A stretch of DNA of 61,040 nt, the filler included. It is 8 parts of 8 records of this genome, joined end to end, with 100 filler letters (N's around TTAATTAATTAA, not from the genome) between each part and the next. Parts side by side here need not be neighbours in the genome. Positions count along the whole stretch, not along the records: positions 49,144 to 61,040 come from SRR31156797_23614; 7 more parts are not named here. One strand, given 5' to 3'. Of the stretch, positions 56,695-61,040 are shown piece by piece. The number at the start of each line of letters is the position of its first letter. Position 1 is the first letter of the stretch. Made by a program: the position numbers and the translations under genes. The notes under the pieces were generated by a model. The model ran no database searches and was not told where the DNA came from. It saw only the letters and a list, made by a program, of their open reading frames with translations.

Positions 56695-57741
56695 ATGGAA
56701 ATTAACAGAACAAATTACGAAGCTTATTTTATCGACTACCTCGAGGGTAACCTTGATGAACAGTTGGTAAATAGTTTTATTGAGTTTATTAAACAAAATC
56801 CCGACCTGAAAAAAGAGCTGGAGTTTTTTGAACCGATCTCTGTTGAGCCCGATCCCGTAACTTTCAACAAAAAGGAAAATCTTTACAAAGAAAAATACGA
56901 TTCGGATACTGAATTCGATACAACGGCAGTTGCCCGTCTCGAAGGAGATCTTTCGAAGAAAGAACAAACGGCTTTTGCAGCTTATCTGGCCAATCATCCC
57001 AATAAAGAAAAAGAAGCAGATCTTTTCCAACATACGGTATTAAAAGCCGATGAAACCATTGTTTTTACCAAAAAGAAAGGTTTGTATAAAAAACCAATGG
57101 GAAGAACATTGTTGCTTTGGTCGGGCAGAGTTGCTGCAGTATTTATTCTTGCTTTTGCTATTTTTAGTTTGATCGATCGAAAGGAAATTAACGAAAATCA
57201 GGGTAGTCAACTGGCAAAAACCGAAGTTGTCGTTCCTGAAACAACCGAAAAAAATCATGCTGAGAAACCAATCATTCCGGAGAAAGAAACAGCTGCACCG
57301 GTTAACCCGACAACCATAACAGAAAAGGAAGTAATAGCTGAGGCAACAAATCCGGAACAACAAATAAAAAACCTGCCGGAACAAAAGCCAGTTTCCGAAA
57401 CTCAGCAAGAATTGGTAGCTTATCGCACACCGGTTCATGTTCCAGAACCGTTAACCGGTATTACTGCTTCAATTGAAGTTCCCGTTGTTAAAGCTGATCT
57501 GGCCGTTATGTACATTACTATTCCGCCAGAACATATACCCGACGAATGGTTATTGGCTGATAAGGTGAAAGAAAAGTTTAACATCCGAAAAATATCGCGT
57601 GCCGGTCTTGATCTGATCGCCAGTATCTCGGATGAACGTTTTTCTTACGAAACAAATAACGAAGGAAAAGTAAACAACTACAAATATGATTCAAGATTGT
57701 TGGCATTTTCTATTCCGTCAAATCAAACTAACCCGAAATAA
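56695..57741 (+). CDS. Putative membrane anti-sigma factor with duplicated N-terminal domain
   Basis: INRTNYEAYFIDYLEGNL; single TM WSGRVAAVFILAFAIF; directly follows the ECF sigma. Confidence 0.75.
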   Translation: MEINRTNYEAYFIDYLEGNLDEQLVNSFIEFIKQNPDLKKELEFFEPISVEPDPVTFNKKENLYKEKYDSDTEFDTTAVARLEGDLSKKEQTAFAAYLANHPNKEKEADLFQHTVLKADETIVFTKKKGLYKKPMGRTLLLWSGRVAAVFILAFAIFSLIDRKEINENQGSQLAKTEVVVPETTEKNHAEKPIIPEKETAAPVNPTTITEKEVIAEATNPEQQIKNLPEQKPVSETQQELVAYRTPVHVPEPLTGITASIEVPVVKADLAVMYITIPPEHIPDEWLLADKVKEKFNIRKISRAGLDLIASISDERFSYETNNEGKVNNYKYDSRLLAFSIPSNQTNPK

Positions 57742-57762
57742 TTCGGTATTTTTGGCTCTGAC

Positions 57763-57789
57763 TGTAACTTTTCAAAATACATCAACGTC
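57763..57789 (+). promoter_or_regulatory. Second ECF-sigma promoter
   Basis: TGTAAC-N17-CGTC, 30 nt before ATG 57820. Confidence 0.6.
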
Positions 57790-57819
57790 TCAGCTTCAGA
57801 AACATTTAAACAGATTATC

Positions 57820-58758
57820 ATGAAACGATTACTTACCTTGATTTTATTTAGCGCACTGGCCATTAACATATTCGCGCAAAACGATACTACCAAAGTTAAA
57901 GTACTTAAGAAAAATGTTGTTACGGTTGTGGAAGAGGATGATAAAGTACAGGTAGTTGTGGGTGACGGTATTGAGGTTCAAACCGACGACTGGGGCGATA
58001 CTACCCATGTTCGTGTAGGGCGAAGAACTTTTAAAGTAATTGATGGAACAAATGGTACGTATGTAAAGGTTGAAAAAGATAAATCCCGCCAGAAATGGTC
58101 GGGAAGGTTTAACCCGCACTGGGCTGGTTTAGAAGTTGGTGTAAATATTATGACCAATACCGACTATTCGATCTATGACGGTGAATTTGAAGATGAATTT
58201 GGTGACTTCTTAGACCTTAATCCCGGAAAATCGTTAACCTGGAATCTGAACATTATGGAGTTTGCTTTTAAAAACGAACGCAAAACATTTGGAGTAGTTA
58301 CCGGTCTTGGTTTTAGTTTTACTGATTACGCTTTTAACGATCCAATAACTGTTGAAAAACGTGATGGATATGGTGAAGTTATTCCGGTTTATCTGCCCAA
58401 AGACAGTGAGGGAAGGGGCATAAAAAAATCGAAATTACACATCAATTACCTTACTGCCCCTTTAATACTTGAGGTTAAAACACCACTTCGTATGGGAAGT
58501 TCGCGTTTATATGTTGCAGGAGGAGTAATTGGAAGTTTGTACCTGGGATCGCACACCAAATACAAATACTACAAAGGAGGAAAAGAAAAATCAAAAAGTG
58601 GATTTCATGTTAACCAATGGAAATATGAATTGACTGGTAGACTTGGTTTTGGCGACTTTTGCATTTTTGCCAATTACAGCATGACATCTTTGTTTAGAGA
58701 TGGTAAAGGCCCCGAAGGTTATCCTTTAATGATTGGCATTTCATTCCCAAATATCTAA
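57820..58758 (+). CDS. Outer-membrane beta-barrel (porin-family) protein
   Basis: Signal peptide; HWAGLEVGVN, GVVTGLG, KSKLHINYLTAPLILE, RLGFG, YSMTSLF, PLMIGI. Confidence 0.75.
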   Translation: MKRLLTLILFSALAINIFAQNDTTKVKVLKKNVVTVVEEDDKVQVVVGDGIEVQTDDWGDTTHVRVGRRTFKVIDGTNGTYVKVEKDKSRQKWSGRFNPHWAGLEVGVNIMTNTDYSIYDGEFEDEFGDFLDLNPGKSLTWNLNIMEFAFKNERKTFGVVTGLGFSFTDYAFNDPITVEKRDGYGEVIPVYLPKDSEGRGIKKSKLHINYLTAPLILEVKTPLRMGSSRLYVAGGVIGSLYLGSHTKYKYYKGGKEKSKSGFHVNQWKYELTGRLGFGDFCIFANYSMTSLFRDGKGPEGYPLMIGISFPNI

Positions 58759-58891
58759 AATCACTTTACTGTTTTTTAGCGTTACCACTTTATTAATAAC
58801 ATCCCCCTAACACTGCATTTGCAGTTAAGCAACATGTATTTACTAATTTATGTGTAGCCTGGCTTATGCCAGGTAATAATTACATTTTTCC

Positions 58892-61040
58892 ATGAAAACA
58901 ACATCAAAGATTTTAACTTGTGCTATAGTTATACTTTTCGCAACATATGCATCAGCACAAAAATGTGTTATTAACGGAATAACCATTGATAAAACATCGC
59001 ACGCACCCATTGCCTATGCCAATGTTGCTCTTTTTTCAACAAAAGATTCTTCATTGATAGCAGGAACAATAACAAATGAAAAAGGGGCATTCCTGTTGGA
59101 AAATATAAAAACCGGAAACTATCGTCTTAAACTGAGTTTTCTGGGTTATCAATCTGTTGCCATTAACAATGTGTTACTTCAGCCGGGCACACGGGATATG
59201 GGTGAAATTGAATTACAGGTATTTTCCGAAAACCTGGAAGAAATAACAATAAAAGGACAAAAACCGGCATTAAGCTACAAAGTAGACCGAAAAGTGATTG
59301 ATGCGGGAAGTTTCCCGGGAGCAGATGTTGCCATTGATTTACTGGAAAATATACCTTCGGTACAATTAGATTTGGAAGGCAACTTAACGTATCGCGGAGA
59401 AGGAACATTTAAAGTTTACATTAACGGGCATCCCATTGCCAACGGAGAAGAGAAACTTCGTCAGTTACCCGCTTCCCGTATTGATAAAATTGAAGTAATT
59501 ACCAATCCATCCGCCAAGTACGATGCTGAAGGAACTGCCGGCATAATACAGGTAATACTTAAAAAGAACCGTCTTGAAGGTTATTCCATTAACTCCCACA
59601 TAAAAGCGAATACCCTGGGCGGTTATCGCTGGCTATTTTCAATTGATAATAAAACAAAAAAAAGCGGCTGGTATATCAATGGATACTGGTCGGAAGATGT
59701 TTGGGAAAAGGCTGATGAAACTTCCAGCCAAACAATAATTGACGAAAATATCACTTATAATACTTTTTCAGACATACAATCGAAACACGGCCAAAAGAAT
59801 TCAAATATTGAACTCGGATTCAACTACGACCTTACAGACAAAGACTACATCGATTTCTCAGCCTACATCAATCCTTTTAAAACAAGGCAACAAAACAAAG
59901 AAGCCGGCACCGTAACAGAACAAATTGTTTATGACAACGGAGCAATAATCGATTCAAGTTATAGTCAAAACAGTTTGTATAACTGTAATTATCAATATGT
60001 TGGAGCAACCTTTACCTACGAACATGCTTTAAACAAAGACCGCTCTCACCTCCTTTCAACTTATATCGACTACTCGGGTTACGTTACCGATTTATTTGAA
60101 CGCCAGTACGATGAACAAACGTATGATTCTTATATTAACAGGGAAGGATTTGTTGGCACCGAACATAAAGAAACAATGATAGAAGGAAAAATAAACTACA
60201 AAAGACCTTTGAATGATAAAATAACTTTGGAAACCGGAGCCGAAATCAATACCGACCATATTCCCAGGATAACTTCTGTAAGTGGCACTTTTGATGAAGA
60301 TAAAAACATTACCAAATACGAAGATGAACCCTTGAACCAAAAGGTGGATTTTATTCAGGACGTTTATGCTCCCTACCTGTTGGTTAGGCGCGAAGGTGAA
60401 AAAATTGCTTTTCAAGCGGGTGCAAGAATCGAATTTACCAATCGTCGATCTGATTACAGCTATGAAACCGAAGATGGTTCGCTGGTAAATATTCCCGACC
60501 GAAATAAGTTTACCGACTTCTTTCCTTCGGTACACATTACTTATAATTTTTCTGAAACAAAACAATTGTATTTTAGTTACTCAAGAAGAATACAACGCCC
60601 AAATTACTGGAAACTGGTACCGCTGGAACAATACAAAAGCTTCTATTCCTACTACACCGGAAATGGCAATTTATTACCTTCGTATACCGATTCGTGGGAG
60701 GTAGGATACAAACAATCCTGGGATAAAAACTTTTTTTCGGCAGAACTGTTTTCGCGTAAAACCAAAAATGTTACTCAAAATTATGCCCGTACCAGTAGTG
60801 GCAACATGCTGGTTATTACTCCTGAAAATGTAGGACAATCGTGGAGTACCGGAGTTGAATTAATGGGAGGAGTAGATCTTTTTCCCTGGTGGAACAGCAA
60901 CCTGAGTAGCAGCCTTTATGCTTATAAACTAAATGTTGATTTTGATGACATACAAAACATCCGAAAGCATTTTAAGGTAGACAGCCGCTGGAACAATACC
61001 TTCTTATTGCCAAAATCGTTTACCTTAAAATGGGATTGTA
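58892..61040 (+). CDS. TonB-dependent / outer-membrane beta-barrel receptor (3'-truncated)
   Basis: Missing from the ORF track, presumably because there is no stop in the window. MKTTSKILTCAIVILFATYASAQ signal; PIAYANV, LSFLGY, LEEITI, LLENIPSV, IEVITNPSAKYDAEGTAGII, YSRRIQRP, GNGNLLPS. Confidence 0.88.
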   Translation, partial: MKTTSKILTCAIVILFATYASAQKCVINGITIDKTSHAPIAYANVALFSTKDSSLIAGTITNEKGAFLLENIKTGNYRLKLSFLGYQSVAINNVLLQPGTRDMGEIELQVFSENLEEITIKGQKPALSYKVDRKVIDAGSFPGADVAIDLLENIPSVQLDLEGNLTYRGEGTFKVYINGHPIANGEEKLRQLPASRIDKIEVITNPSAKYDAEGTAGIIQVILKKNRLEGYSINSHIKANTLGGYRWLFSIDNKTKKSGWYINGYWSEDVWEKADETSSQTIIDENITYNTFSDIQSKHGQKNSNIELGFNYDLTDKDYIDFSAYINPFKTRQQNKEAGTVTEQIVYDNGAIIDSSYSQNSLYNCNYQYVGATFTYEHALNKDRSHLLSTYIDYSGYVTDLFERQYDEQTYDSYINREGFVGTEHKETMIEGKINYKRPLNDKITLETGAEINTDHIPRITSVSGTFDEDKNITKYEDEPLNQKVDFIQDVYAPYLLVRREGEKIAFQAGARIEFTNRRSDYSYETEDGSLVNIPDRNKFTDFFPSVHITYNFSETKQLYFSYSRRIQRPNYWKLVPLEQYKSFYSYYTGNGNLLPSYTDSWEVGYKQSWDKNFFSAELFSRKTKNVTQNYARTSSGNMLVITPENVGQSWSTGVELMGGVDLFPWWNSNLSSSLYAYKLNVDFDDIQNIRKHFKVDSRWNNTFLLPKSFTLKWDC

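Noticed and set aside
58812-58873. Two small hairpins (ACTGCA-TT-TGCAGT; CCTGGC-TTAT-GCCAGG) before the last receptor gene
   Set aside because: Too short to assign; no riboswitch consensus recognised.
1-61040. CRISPR array, cas genes, rRNA, prophage
   Set aside because: No repeat-spacer periodicity or such genes were seen by eye.

Overview
This window is not one locus. It is eight unrelated metagenomic contigs joined by 100-bp artificial spacers (N44-TTAATTAATTAA-N44), so gene neighbourhoods mean nothing across spacers. Taxonomy is judged from protein style and composition only. (1) 1-7694, Bacteroidota: a giant 5'-truncated T9SS cargo fusing an M6 metalloprotease, FN3, endonuclease I and lamin-tail domains, then DUF554 and a truncated tRNA-Arg(CCT). 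(2) 7795-12845, low-GC anaerobe: ECF ATPase-larC-larE-larB (nickel-pincer cofactor) plus an MFS permease. (3) 12946-22533, GC-rich, probably Desulfobacterota: a degenerate TIGR03032/DUF4915 domain fused through an internal signal-peptide-like segment to FG-GAP repeats, divergent from a TPR-GT41(OGT)-GNAT-GNAT fusion; then an internally deleted RAYT element, an orphan solute-binding lipoprotein, an FN3 relic, an SGNH protein and a YprB-like nuclease. (4) 22634-28180, Arcobacter-like: fbp, mobB, degenerate Slt, yggT, a motif-less GluRS paralogue, M16, mqnC. (5) 28281-34744, Arcobacter-like: modE-modA-TOBE-modB-modC with two ModE boxes, and pfkA followed by an apparently catalytically dead FBPase paralogue. 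(6) 34845-43127 and (8) 49144-61040, Prolixibacteraceae-like housekeeping, transport and ECF-sigma genes. (7) 43228-49043, Campylobacterota: miaB, DUF374, Xer-like recombinase, tilS, ccoG. Best candidates for undescribed biology: the OGT-GNAT / DUF4915-FG-GAP pair, the pfkA + pseudo-FBPase pair, and the pseudo-GluRS. All family calls come from motif recognition by eye; no database search was run.
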